From the NCBI GenBank assembly GCA_047495785.1, contig JBLDXI010000007.1, positions 682,001-746,000 on the forward strand: a stretch of 64,000 nucleotides of DNA, read 5' to 3'. The position numbers and the translations under genes were made by a program. The stretch is from Lepidodermella squamata. Taxonomy: Eukaryota; Animalia; Gastrotricha. Of this stretch, positions 1 through 12,200 are shown in pieces; the stretch's first letter is position 1, and every line of letters starts with the position of its first letter. The notes under the pieces are model-generated. The model did not search any database, was not told the origin of the DNA, and saw only the letters and a program-made list of their open reading frames with translations.

Positions 1-1190
1 CCTGATAACAATCAGAATTGTCTTTTCTTTCCTAACATTTCTACATAAACTACGTGTTAAATCAACTATTGCAACCACAGCAGCAATCCACACATTTTTT
101 TACAAAAGTTTTATAAATAGAAATGAATGTAGGAAGACGTTCATTAAATATGCATTACAGCTTCAACTAATAAAGGTGCGATCACAAAGGAAAAATTATA
201 TCACATTTAATTTATATGGATAATATAGATTTTACATCATTGATTAGGTATTAATGTATTTGCTTTACCGAGGAAGAACTCATGGATCAGTTACCAACAA
301 CACTGTTTGTGGATAGCATTAGAGAAAAAAATATTGGGCATGGCATTTAACAGAGATACTTTGTTCATAACTCATAACATATTGCCTAAACTGCAGGAAC
401 TATCAGAGAAGGAACTACGCTTAATGGAAAAACTGAAGGTATGGCAATATAGAGATAAGGTAAATATTGGAGGGCAACCTTGGAACAAAATCACCACTAG
501 TCAGATGATTCATGGTTTGTTTCTACCGAAGAATTCCTGAAACGTCTTCAAGAAGTTTTGAGGATGGTACTAATCGCGAATTTTGCTACATTGGGGGAAC
601 AACAGGGATACATTAGGGATACTTGAAAGATAAGCATAACAGTTTGATGCAAAAGCTAGAAGCATCCAGCTAAACATTGTAGGCGATGTTTGCAGGGTCG
701 AAGTCCGTTTATATTTACTGCTCCGATGGTGTGGTGGTGAGGTGGTGAAATTTGTTGTGGTAGTAGTTTTTGCAAATATTTTTCATTCATCTCCATCTAA
801 TAAATCAGCAAAAAAATAACCGACCTCACGACTGCACCACCATCACCACATAGCAAGCGAAGAAAAAGCGCGACTGTGATTCAGAGAGCGATACCGATTT
901 ATTGGTGGTCTGCGTTACATAATTATTAGTAACATTGCCTTCAAGACACAGAGATACGAATTAATTAATTTCAGTATAGATGATATTTCTTAATAATAAG
1001 TATTGGTTAGTTATCGTTGGTTGGAGTTTACTATGCAAAACACCACCTAAAATTAAGGAGGGGTATTCTATAATCCACCCTACAAAACTCTACGTCGCTC
1101 AATCGACACCAGAGACATCTGGAGAGCTTTTAATTCGTAAGTATTAAGGACATAAATCCTGCATAAAAATGCTGTAAGTAGATGATTTCC

Positions 1191-2532
1191 TTATGAGTAA
1201 AATGGATTGGTTCTTTTCTGTTCTTTAAACTGAACCCCGGACAAAATTGTACACACATGAAAGGTCATCAACAATTGCACCCTAGGCACCCCCTCCACGG
1301 ATTTGAGATTTCCGCTACTGTGTTGAAGTCGATCAAGCTGGGTCTTGCAGCCTTGATCGATGACGGCGTCGCAGTAGTTGAACTTCGACCCAATAATTCC
1401 GTCGTACATCATTGTTCGAGTCTTCAGATCGGTGTGCCAAGCCGCTTCACGTAGTGCGTAGGCGTAGGTACCAGTTCTTGCGGATCAGATGATCGACGTG
1501 CTTTTCCTTGGCGAGCTTTGAGTCCAGATAGACTCCCAGGATCTTCACGTGGTCAAGTGGCGGCAGATCGACTTCACTGAATCGAATAGTCGAATTATGC
1601 AAGATTTCAGACAGGATGGCAAGTCATTGATGAATAGAAGGAATAAGATTGGGCCCATCGCGCTTCCTTGGGGCACACCGGAAGTAACTGGAGACCACGG
1701 AAAATGCGCATTATTAATAACGACCAAGTAAAAAAAATAGGAAATCCAGTCAAGTAGGCGACCAGAAATGTTGTAGTGTTCTAGGTTCTAGTTTATTGAT
1801 TAGTTTTATGTGAGAGACGGAATCAAAGGCCTTTTTAAGGTCAAAGTAAATGCAGTCAACTGGGATGCCCCTGTCAAGTCTAGACGACCACTCGTTGATA
1901 TTCTCGAGTAGCTGCATTTCGGCACTGCGGCCTGATAGGAACCCAAACTGTTCGGGAGATAGAATACTGTTTTTAGTGAGATGTGATACAATTTCAATCC
2001 GAATACAATACTCCATAACTTTACATGGTATACTGGTTAAGCTAATGGGCCGATAGTTTTCGGTTGATGAGGGGGAGCCACTGTTTTTGAAAATATGTAC
2101 AACGTTAGCTAATTTCCAACAAGCTGGAAGCATACCGGATTTAAACTTCTAGAAAAAATTAACGAAAGAGGAAATGCGAGAGAATCGGATAACTTCTTCA
2201 ATTGTGTGGGATATTGTGGGGTGGACACCGTCAAGCCACATAAAAGAATTTGCGTCGAGATTACGTAATAGAGATTCAACAGTTCTAACAGGTAAAGAAA
2301 CTCTAGACAATTCAGGAGAAGGCGTTTTGGCAAATGATTGGTATAGGAATACTATTAGGTATCTACAGTGAAAACGGATGAAAAGAACGAGTACAATGTA
2401 CGTTTGCTGCTGTCGTCAGTAACAGTAGCACCATTTTGGTCTTTGACAGATGGAATAGAAGGTTTGGATTTCAATCTAGAATTAGCGTAGCTGAAGACAT
2501 CTTTCATTTTCAAGGATTGCAACGAGGAGCTC
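1191..2532 (-). pseudogene. Decayed non-LTR retrotransposon (CR1/L2-group) ORF2, reverse transcriptase region
   Basis: Frameshifted minus-strand pieces read WKLANVVHIFK, ENYRPISLTSIPCKVME, EQFGFLSGRS, DCIYFDLKKAFDSVSH and [24 protein letters not shown]. Near 2400-2520 the frame reads KDVFSYANSRLKSKPSIPSVKDQNG. Multiple stops and frameshifts. Confidence 0.9.
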
Positions 2533-2792
2533 TGAGAGGGTCGTTAGGTGCTCTCTGCCCGTTTCATCATTAATTTCCAGCTCAGCGCTCGTGCGCCAGC
2601 AATAGCACGTGTCGCCTTTCTGTTATGTAACTAATTAATTATTTATTTCGCGCCTTAATGGCTATAAAAGCAATCAAAAAATAATAATAAATCATTCGAG
2701 TTGATCTGCTTTACTAAACTGCCTTTTGTATCAGCACATTCAGTCTAATTGCTATTTTGCCCCCGAACCAGGTCAGGGATACCAACCCTTCA
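2533..2792 (+). repeat. 5' LTR
   Basis: TGAGAGGG...CCCTTCA. Contains TATAAAA and AATAAA. No differences from the 3' copy seen by eye. Confidence 0.95.
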
Positions 2793-2793
2793 G

Positions 2794-2811
2794 TGGCGCC
2801 GAGACTCCGCT
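2794..2811 (+). promoter_or_regulatory. Primer-binding site (tRNA identity uncertain; resembles a His-type PBS)
   Basis: TGGCGCCGAGACTCCG begins 1 nt after the LTR CA. TGG is complementary to tRNA CCA. Confidence 0.7.
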
Positions 2812-2850
2812 CGATCAACGATCGACCCCATCATCACCAGGTACGTTTTT

Positions 2851-3063
2851 CTAACAGTGGTAAGCTGTTAGCGACTGAAGGAAATTCCAGTCGATAAATA
2901 ATAGAGACTGAAGGCCATTCCAGTCATAAGTTTTGTAAAGCTGAAGGTCATTCCAGCAGATATATCAAGGCTGAAGGAAATTCCAGCCCATTTTACTATT
3001 CTCTTTCAATAGAGGCCAATCCAGCCAAATTTAAAGCTCTAGGACTAAAGGAAATTCCAGCCC
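2851..3063 (+). repeat. Array of short hairpin repeats in the LTR-element leader
   Basis: Core CTRAAGGNNATTCCAG at ~2873, 2906, 2940, 2969 and 3043, with a partial copy at ~3012, separated by unrelated AT-rich spacers. Additional hairpin CTAACAG/CTGTTAG at 2851-2871. Confidence 0.85.
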
Positions 3064-3385
3064 CTCGATTTTATGTGCCTATAAACTAAAGGCTGTCTGT
3101 TTCACTGACTTTCCGCCTTTTTGTTGCTTTTCGCTTATAAATTATGTCACCAAATTTAAAAACATGTTAACTCTTCTCTCAGCTAGTCTCAAAATTGTTG
3201 AGTCTGGTGCCATATAGAGCAGCTAGCCTCCGAAGCAATTTTGGTAGAAACTATCACTCGACATGCAAATAATTTTAACAAGCTTTCTCGAAAAAGAAAA
3301 GCCTATTTCAGAAGGCTCAAAAGTCGTGATAACCATCTCTGTAAATCCTCTGGATTATCTGTGAAAGCACTTCGGTTGACTTGAA

Positions 3386-3670
3386 ATGAATGAAGTTGAC
3401 TTGACCAGCTATGAAAAGTCTCGGTCGATGAACCGGGACAATATTGATTCCGATGGTGAGAAAATGGCTAACCCGGAAGTAAAACCAAACGCTGTTCACA
3501 TAAACCCACACGTTGTTCAAGTCTCCATAAAAGAGCTGGTAAAAGCAACTGACCCTATTGATGAATTCATCTCGCAAATGGAAATACTGAATGTCATCAG
3601 AGTGACAAATGATGACATTTTCTGCCGTTATCAAAAGAAATCAGTGGGCTCCGAGGCGGAAGCGTATTAG
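3386..3670 (+). pseudogene. Probable truncated gag (capsid) remnant of the LTR element
   Basis: 94-aa ORF in gag position. DPIDEFISQME...DDIFC...GSEAEAY resembles the Ty3/Gypsy-type capsid pattern. Followed by in-frame stops. Confidence 0.5.
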
Positions 3671-5043
3671 CGCTTCGAATCGACGATGTAAATAAAACCA
3701 TTCTCGTAAAAAAACTAGTGTAAATATTCAATCTTTCGCCGTCAATGGCAGTGCAATTTTCATTTGGCACGCGTCGTAAATTCATTCATAATATTGTTAA
3801 ACTATTTTCTTTAATCGAATTTTCTTTTTATTGAACTCGAAAAATCCAGTTTTTTATCGTGAATAAACGAAAAAAATAACCTTGGAGGTAAAAATCAATT
3901 TCGCTTAAAGGAAAATATCTGCCGAATTGCGAAGTCCGATGACTGTAATTTTTTGACGCGATTTGACTCTTAGAATCATCAGTGGATGAACATGGCTCAT
4001 AACTTCAACACGGCCAATGCTCAAGAACTTTAACATTAATGGCAATACGGTCGAAAACTGTCATGTGAACTCACTCATGAAGCTAACAGCTCATGACAGA
4101 TGCGATACGATAGTGTGTGAAAAATAGTGTGAAGAATTTGAAAGAGATGAAAGCTATGATATGAGCGTTGTAAAGGATTGTTTGACCTAGATATTCGGCC
4201 AACCCTTTGGTACCAGGGAGCCGAATATGAGCCTAGACTTGGCTACGACAGCTGAAACTGCATAGAGCTTCGTACCTATCAGAAATTTCAGATATGTCTC
4301 GCTGAGACTGAGGTTTGCAATGAAATGTGAAATGTGAAATTTGAAAAGTGAAGTGTGTTTGGGCTATGTGAGCTCTTAGTTAGGCGAGTTAAGGCTTTAG
4401 ATATTTCATGGTTCAACTCCTTCTCTGGATGGCAACGGAGTAACAAGGCTAGATCTTCGTAACTACCAAAATGCTCTCGTGTCATTGGCCCAGGAAAGTG
4501 GAAGAAATGAAATCGTCTCACTTGTTGAAGTGAGAAATTCTGATGACAGCTGACAGAAAGGAATCTGTTGGGGCAGTAGCTCTGTCATCATAGGTGTTAA
4601 GGATGTGGCGATGGCTGCTAACAGAGTGAATCTGTTGTGGTATCGCAGTTAAGAACGTGCATGGTTGATACAGAAATGATGTCTGCATGCGACGCCAGCC
4701 TGTGTGGTGTGTGAATTCGATATTGCATCGCGCAAAGGTCAAAAATATTGTTTGAAAGCTATAAGTCTCGGATAGCTTCCCATTGCTGCTACGTCACCGT
4801 CAACCCACCCGTCAAGCCGTTCGCCGTTCCCGTTCCCGTTGAAGCTGACGACAAGCCTCGATCAAACTCGGCAATGAACTCGAACAGTTGCATACGACGG
4901 TGGTCTGGCTAACTAATCGATAGCTACCTCAGCTGAAGCTGATCTCCGCTGATATCTCATATAATTATTAACTGTTTATGAATATTACAATCTATTTTCT
5001 CCGTGATCTATCTTTTTGATAAAAACGTAAGACGTTTTCTTGT

Positions 5044-5054
5044 GGGGAAAGGGG
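5044..5054 (+). promoter_or_regulatory. Polypurine tract
   Basis: GGGGAAAGGGG ends 4 nt before the 3' LTR. Confidence 0.85.
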
Positions 5055-5058
5055 CATA

Positions 5059-5318
5059 TGAGAGGGTCGTTAGGTGCTCTCTGCCCGTTTCATCATTAAT
5101 TTCCAGCTCAGCGCTCGTGCGCCAGCAATAGCACGTGTCGCCTTTCTGTTATGTAACTAATTAATTATTTATTTCGCGCCTTAATGGCTATAAAAGCAAT
5201 CAAAAAATAATAATAAATCATTCGAGTTGATCTGCTTTACTAAACTGCCTTTTGTATCAGCACATTCAGTCTAATTGCTATTTTGCCCCCGAACCAGGTC
5301 AGGGATACCAACCCTTCA
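5059..5318 (+). repeat. 3' LTR
   Basis: Direct repeat of 2533-2792 followed by TSD AGCTC. Confidence 0.95.
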
Positions 5319-5323
5319 AGCTC

Positions 5324-6150
5324 AAACCTAAAACTATCCATTCTAAGGGATATATTGTTTACAGTGGTAGGCGATAGCTAACATTTTTTGGGCCAAAGGA
5401 TCACATAAATTCACACTCCGCTTGTGGCTGGGGCGCTACTAGGACGGCTTCAGGATCGCTTTACTAGGGCAGCCACTGCAGTCGGTCGTTAGTTTGAAGA
5501 ATTGATCATAATGGAATCCCAGTATCAGGAATTACGATTTCTCCTCGCCCTGACGGACTCAAGCTTTCGCCATAAGGCGGAGCTTGTGAGAAAACCGCGA
5601 GCTTATGCTCTAGGAAAGTTTGAACTGGTTTATCAACTACTTAATAAAGTCCCTACCCCTGGTACTCCAGTTATTGCTGACTGTTTCTCCAGGGCCCAGG
5701 CATTAGTGCCCAGGTGGCTTTTCCATTCACTCAGCGAAGCCTACAAACGCCGTCGTAGCAAGAAAGCTACCAAAAGACTAGTTTGGAGAATTATTTACAA
5801 GAACAGGAAGATAGAATACTTCCTGAATAGAATACAGGTATACAGTAGAATACAGATAGAATACAGGGAATGAAGCGGAGGTGTGAATCTGGGAGGGTTG
5901 GAACAACCCGAACCGGATGTAAAGCAGAAAAATGAATCTGGGTGAATCTGATGTCTTACTTAGGAATTGTGGGGGCACGGTAGTGCCCTCCCGAAGAATG
6001 GAGAGGGTCTGGAAAGGACAGCAGCGAAAGGGACATAGCCCAGGATGAAAGAAAAGAGGCACACCGTTTGCCCCCTATATATACACTTGGGCCAGGTAGA
6101 AATATTTTCGCCAAAAATGACCTAACTTTGGGCTCAAAGACCATGACCTT
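5324..6150 (-). pseudogene. Probable upstream continuation of the decayed LINE (endonuclease region)
   Basis: Lies directly across the LTR TSD from the RT remnant. Minus-strand GHYRAPT resembles the APE-domain YRPP motif. Highly degenerate. Confidence 0.4.
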
Positions 6151-7939
6151 AGAATGAGATATATTAGTAAGAAATTATACCATCAGCTAGCTAATGATCT
6201 CAGCTGTCTGATGGTATAATTTATTTGACGAAATTCTACAGGTAACTTGTACTTATGGGCAAAGGACACTTTTTCATGGATTTCTAAAAATGAAGGTACC
6301 CCCCCCCCCCCTGCCGTTTTGTATATTTTTGCGGAGCGCAGCGGAGCTCTTTAGGTTCCCACAGCTCCCAGCTCCCAGTTCCCTGAGGATGCGAGCCATA
6401 GGAGGCAATAATGGGCAAAAAAATTTGATTGAATTTCGTTGAGAATATACATTTTACATAAAAAATTTATTAAATTTGTAATTCGAGATCGATAAAATTT
6501 GCCGCATGATTTTTCTGCCTCAACAGGCACCGCGTCAGAGGTCAGAGGTTCAAGGGTTTAGCGGTTTAGAGGTTCAGAGGTCACAGAGGCTCCGAGGATC
6601 GGGGATTTAGAGCTTCAGATGTCAGAGAATGACCGATCATGACCGGCATTTCTTCTGACTCGCCACTCATTTATGGAAACCATTGTGTTGGCTTCGGACT
6701 TGAGTCTTGAGTAGAAGCCACAAGGAAACGTTTGAATGAAGCGAAGTAGCAAAAACTCAGCGATTTTGGTCTCTGATCAAGTAATCCGTTAGCTACATGA
6801 TATGCAGGATATAATTTGTATATCATGAAAGAGACAAAAGACAAGACAAGATAGTCCGCTAGAATTCTTCGAGAGTTCGATTGCGGATCGCAATGCACTG
6901 CTTACGATAGGTAATTTCGCCACAATTGTCTTTTGCGGAATTTGATTGCGGGAAGATGGCGAAGGTGATGAGTGCGAACTTGTAAGTAAGACTTATCGTT
7001 CCTATTGGTCATGGATCTTGTGAGATTTTGTCAACATCGAGTCCCGACTAATGCTACACTTTACGTTCCGGGAATTGTAATTTATTGATTGTTCGGGTGA
7101 TATGAATTATCAGAGTACCGATTATTCAAGAGGTCGGTTGACGTGAAGCCATCAGTCAACAGTCAACTAAAGATTATTTCTCATCCATGAATGCTTATAA
7201 TCCAGCTATCTGGAAAGACAACAGCCGCTTGAGTTTACTCATGCGCAGTGCCTATTATGCATTGATTTTCATCTGTTAACTTTTGTTCAAGTTTCGCTTA
7301 TAAAAAAGTACATCAATGTAATCAATGTAATCAAGGACACGGTGAGCATTCAGGGCATGCTGTAGAAGTTGCGCAACACAGCATTGCGTAACAATTAATT
7401 TTCCGTTGTTATGCTCACCGATTGCGTACTTAATTCTAAGTAACAATACACGATCAGAAATATAAGCCCAGCCGCAGACCTATAGTTGGGGCCATAGACC
7501 TACAGAATGAACATAGACCTAGATTTGTTAGGTTAGTAGTAGCCGAGAGGGTGAAAGGGGGTGATAAAACGCGATGTATGAAGTTCGTGGAAGGCGTGGG
7601 GGAGGGGGCTGACCCACGCCTTCCACAACCCCCGACGGAGGAAGCGGAAGTGGTCTTAAGAAATGTGGAAGGGATCTGGGGTCAGAAAGATAGACCAGTC
7701 AGAAGATAGACGAGGTGTCGTAAGAGAAGAGGATGCTAGGGGGCGAGATAAATAGCAGTTAAATAGCAGTTTAAAAAATCCTTTAGCATCCAAGACCCAA
7801 GAGATACGCAACCAACGCTCCGCTCATGAAATTTGAATTTGAAAAATTCAAAGGTCATAATCCTAGTTCGCTCTAAAGCGCCCAGAGCTGAGGGCAGCTA
7901 CGATTGCATCACTTAAATTCACAGTCGCATCACTCAAAC

Positions 7940-9205
7940 TGTATGTATGTATGTATGTATATTAGCGTTGGATTCGCACTAAGGCGGTCTTCCATCCAAC
8001 GGACGCAGATGGGCGCGTCGAGGTAAGGTGGCGAGTTACCTCTTCTTTGTGTAGACGAAATCGTCCACGTATTCTGCTTTCAGCAGTACTTTCAGGAGTT
8101 CATCTCTGAGGATCTTCGGGTTTTCGGAAGATCTTATCGATGGCGGTAAGTCATTCCACTTGCTAGCAGCACGAAATCGAAAGCTGAGATGGTGAGCTTG
8201 TCGAGGGATTTCGACGCCATCAGAGCTGCTAAGCCTGGTTTTGTGATCGGACGATGGTTTGTTGATCAAGTTTTTGATGAGAGCAGGTGCTTGAGAGTGG
8301 CCGCTCCGTACTTGGTGATTTAAAGAAGGAGCTGAGCTCAAAAAGGAGCTGAGCTCAATGGAGCTGAGCTCTAACGGAGCTGAGCTCCCTGAATACCGCG
8401 CGCGGTCAAGTCAAAGGCCAAGTTTATGGAACAATGTCGGTTTTAATACCAAAATATAGATCGTTCAATTCTCTATCGATCGAATGTAGATTTCTCGATG
8501 GAAAAAATCAATCAGAAAAAGTTTTACGCCCATGCTAGATTGCGTATTTAAGTGTGCATATCGCTTGAGAGTGCGCGCAAATGGAATTAATTTATTTACC
8601 AACTTAACTTTTTTCTGTTTGGTTTTTCGAGCGACAAACCTATATTCAGTCGATAGAGAATTGACCGATCTATATTTTGGTATTAAAACCGACATTGTTC
8701 CATGAACCATGAACTTGGCCTTTGACTTGACCGCGCGCGGTATTCAGGGAGCTCAGCTCCGTTGAGCTCAGCTCCATTGAGCTCAGCTCCTTTTTGAGCT
8801 CAGCTCCTTCTTTAAATCACCGAATCTGAGGGGGCTGAGAGTGCAAACATTTCCAAACTAGAGTCATTTCGTGGATTAGGCGTTTCCCGTCGATTGGTAG
8901 CCAACCTAACTGTTTGAGGAGAGCGGTGGCGTCGAACGAGTACGGTTTGTTAAGCAGAGCCCTAATTGCCTTATTCTGTGCGGATTGGTAAGTTTTCTGC
9001 GAGCTAGTGAAGGTAGCTAGATTAGCAACGAAGTCAGCGTAATTAAGATGGCAAGCGACGAGACTATTGTAGATATTTATTCTGGCTTGAAAAGGTAGGC
9101 GATTCTGGCTAGCGATGCGGAGGGCGTAGGTGCCAGATCGAACTTTGTTTTTCACCCATACGTCAGACCCCTGCAAAGTAGACTGAAAAGTGAAGGTCAA
9201 AGTGC
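7940..9205 (-). mobile_element. 5'-truncated L2/CR1-group LINE 3' end with (TACA)n tail, interrupted by a MITE
   Basis: ORF pieces IYNSLVACHLNYAD, AQNKAIRA, LKQLGWLPI and SFRFRAASKWNDLPPSIRSS are typical post-RT C-terminus. Removing 8300-8835 plus one TSD restores WKCLHSQAPALIKNL. 3' stem GTTGGA/TCCAAC and a (TGTA)n tail at 7940-7960. Confidence 0.85.
8300..8835. mobile_element. Foldback-type MITE (536 bp) with long TIRs
   Basis: ~170-bp inverted repeats each holding four GGAGCTGAGCTC units. 8-bp TSD TGAGAGTG at 8292-8299 and 8836-8843. Confidence 0.9.
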
Positions 9206-12200
9206 TGATTAAAATAAAAATGAAGACTAAAAATTATAAAAAATATAATGGTTAATTTATAAATGGGTATATACGCGAAAAATTATTTCGCGCCACAGAA
9301 GGTAGGAAGAACTGATGTTTTTGCTGCGGCTCAAGCATTGTTGCTAGGAAACTGGTTGCTCCATAGATTTGAAGTTAAAGCTAACGCTAATCGTCTGCCG
9401 TCTACGCGTAGATGGTTTTTGGGTGGATTAAGTGTATGCCATTCTACTTCCTAAGCAGATACGTGATATACATTTGCTATGTGTATGCCGGATCTTTACA
9501 ATTTATGAATATAAGTATGACAGTTTTTAACCAGTTTATGAAAGTCCCATGTAAGTGTCATACTTGCATATGTGAGTATTTGTATTTCTGTCAAGGAATA
9601 ACTTCGTAGGAGTATTCTGATCTGATTGGTGTGATATTACCGTCTAAATAGCTGCGTGTCTTGACTCCCGATGCAATGTGATGGCCTAGTTTCGTCTTTC
9701 TCATTAGATCCGTGATCTATTTGTCTCAATTATTCATGTACCTATTTTATTGTGCCGCAGTGTCCGTGTGAACCATGCCTACCTAGGCGACTGATTTATT
9801 TTTCAAACAGATGTCCATCTAGCATCTAACGACTCACCATTGTGCTTACAACTCCCTCATTCCATGCTCCATGCATCCATTTCAAAACTTGGCCGCAGAC
9901 ATATATAAGCCTTCCACGGCCATAAGAACGGTTTCGGAATGTTTAGCCAGTACACAGTTCCGTCATGCAAATTGGCCGATTTGAGGGATAGTACTTTCCC
10001 ATGTTACTGAGCCAGTTCTGTAACTGAAATGTCAATACTTTGTTTCTCATCGGAATCATTTTGGAATTTCTAACCGATAGATCTCACCTAGCAAACTAGG
10101 TACGAACGTACCATTGATTCCGCATGCTAGATCTGATTTCACAGACGTCTGCAACAGGATCCCACCGACTAGGTACCCAGTATTTGTTAGGCAGGTATTT
10201 TTGATTTGTTATGAAAACTGATGAAGCAGTGGTCTGGCTGATGATCTCTCTCAATTTATCCGGATGAGTCGATATTCCAAAACTAGCGTCATTGATATTG
10301 TCCGTGATATCTGAAACTCATTCCTAGGAAATATGGGTATAAGTCCCAAATACCTAGGTACCTATAGCCTAGGGATGTGCTACTACTTTCTTCATCTTGC
10401 TAGGAATGTCGGATTTAGAGTTTTCGGCCGTGAAAGGGTTAAAGGGATGCGATGAAGTTTATCTGATGTCTCAGTGATTTGTCTTCATAGATCTAAAGCT
10501 AAGGAAAGAAGTGAGTCGCCAGTCAATGATTGAATATTCTGGTACCTGCTCCGATCATCGCAGCTGCTAGTTTTTGTTCGAAATTTATTAATGGGGACAT
10601 GAATGATAATCCATCAATTCAAAACGCATTTAATGATGTAAAATTGTGATGGTTTGCTGCTGTTATTGGATTTTCTCCATCTCTCTGCTATCATTTATTG
10701 ACAAATTCATCGATGAGTAGGTAAATTCCTTGGTTGTTACGCATGCAATGGTTTAAAGTGTCGAACTATCTTCGGCCATTAATTCCGGAACAAGCTACTT
10801 ATAGGATGGCCATTGCTGATCAGTTGATTAGTAGATTTTATACCACGCTAGCAGAAAAGAAATGTGAAACGAAGGGCTAAAGATGAATTATTTCGAATGC
10901 GTTGTTACTTGAAACTAAATATGTATTTTATTTCATTTAGAGACAATAATATACGGGAAGAAATTTAAGCCCATGTTTCGCTTCGTCAATGTGTTGCCTG
11001 CCTAGCGGAGTTGGCATGTTTCAACCGAAAATGTCGGCCAACCAGTCGGCAATTAGCGATGGGCGATGAACAGTAAGTTCACCACTTATTATTTAGCCTG
11101 CAGAGCCGATATCTATTGTAGGCATAAATTTTACAAAGCAGTGATTTTTCCGATATCAGTCGTCTTAGAACTCAACATCAATCTCAATCTCAATGTTAGA
11201 ACCAATCTCAAAACGCATCAAAATTTTCATTATTAGTTATTAGCTAGGTCGTCTAATAGCTGAAAATTAGGAATAATAGGGAATGCTTTAACTAAAATCA
11301 TCGTAAATCGCAGATTATTACATATCTTCACGAATAATAGATTAGCAGCCGGAAAAAAGCTGAAGTTGAAATAGAACTATAGTATGATGATAAGCTAAAG
11401 TCATGTTTTTATTCCTCTTCAGAGTTGGCGATTGGTTCCGACACAGCACCAAGGCTATCGAAACTTTGGTGGACAACGAGTACAAATAATGGTATATCTT
11501 GCACCACCGCTGGTTCCAGAATATTGTTTTCCACTGACACGGCAGGGGAAGGAATTGAAGCTGGGTTCTGAAGTACCCGGCGCTTGAAATGGACAGTCGC
11601 TACGGGGCAAAAATTATGCAAGCCGTTTTACCTGAATATTGCAGAAAACTTTCTCTTCTCTCGTTTCTATGATTGATACGTTACTTTTTATTTGAGGCCT
11701 ACGGAATAAAACTATGAAACATGAAACCCAGAGGTGTTGCCATTTAAAAATAACGGTTAAAAGCTGTTGTAATAAGTTATCAGCGATACCGAGGCCTGTA
11801 ATTAACTGTTGGAAACTATTGGTGTTATACACACTTGACTATGATGGGCGCAAGTCTGGTTAAATTTTTCAAACTCATCGGAAATAAATCCTGAGTCATA
11901 AATCCTGGCGAAAAATACTACATTCACTAAAATAGCATATATTTGATGAGAAAAGCCAAGGGCCGCATTTTGCATAGAAATATGCTAACTATTTGGGAGC
12001 CTCCAAGTTACCCTTAATTTTATTGGCGGCGCATCGTATTTTTTCCGTGCCCTTGCCGTAGTCGTAGTTGCGGCGTAGATTCGTCGCACTTGAACCCTAG
12101 TAGTACGATTAACATGGTCAAATAATCCAATGAGCGAGGCACACATTTTGTTAATAATTATTATCAATTGTTGTAATTATTATCAATACGACTTATAGAT

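Larger units (their letters stand above)
2533..5318 (+). mobile_element. Non-autonomous LTR retroelement (2786 bp) with decayed gag and no pol, inserted into the LINE
   Basis: 260-bp direct repeats bounded TG...CA at 2533-2792 and 5059-5318. 5-bp TSD AGCTC at 2528-2532 and 5319-5323. PBS-like TGGCGCC after the 5' LTR and a polypurine tract before the 3' LTR. Confidence 0.95.

Noticed and set aside
2873-3063. CRISPR array
   Set aside because: Repeats are only ~18-20 nt and variable, spacers are ~12-25 nt and uneven, there are no cas genes, and the array lies in a eukaryotic LTR-element leader.
5502-5873. 123-aa plus-strand ORF
   Set aside because: No motif; lies opposite the probable decayed LINE.
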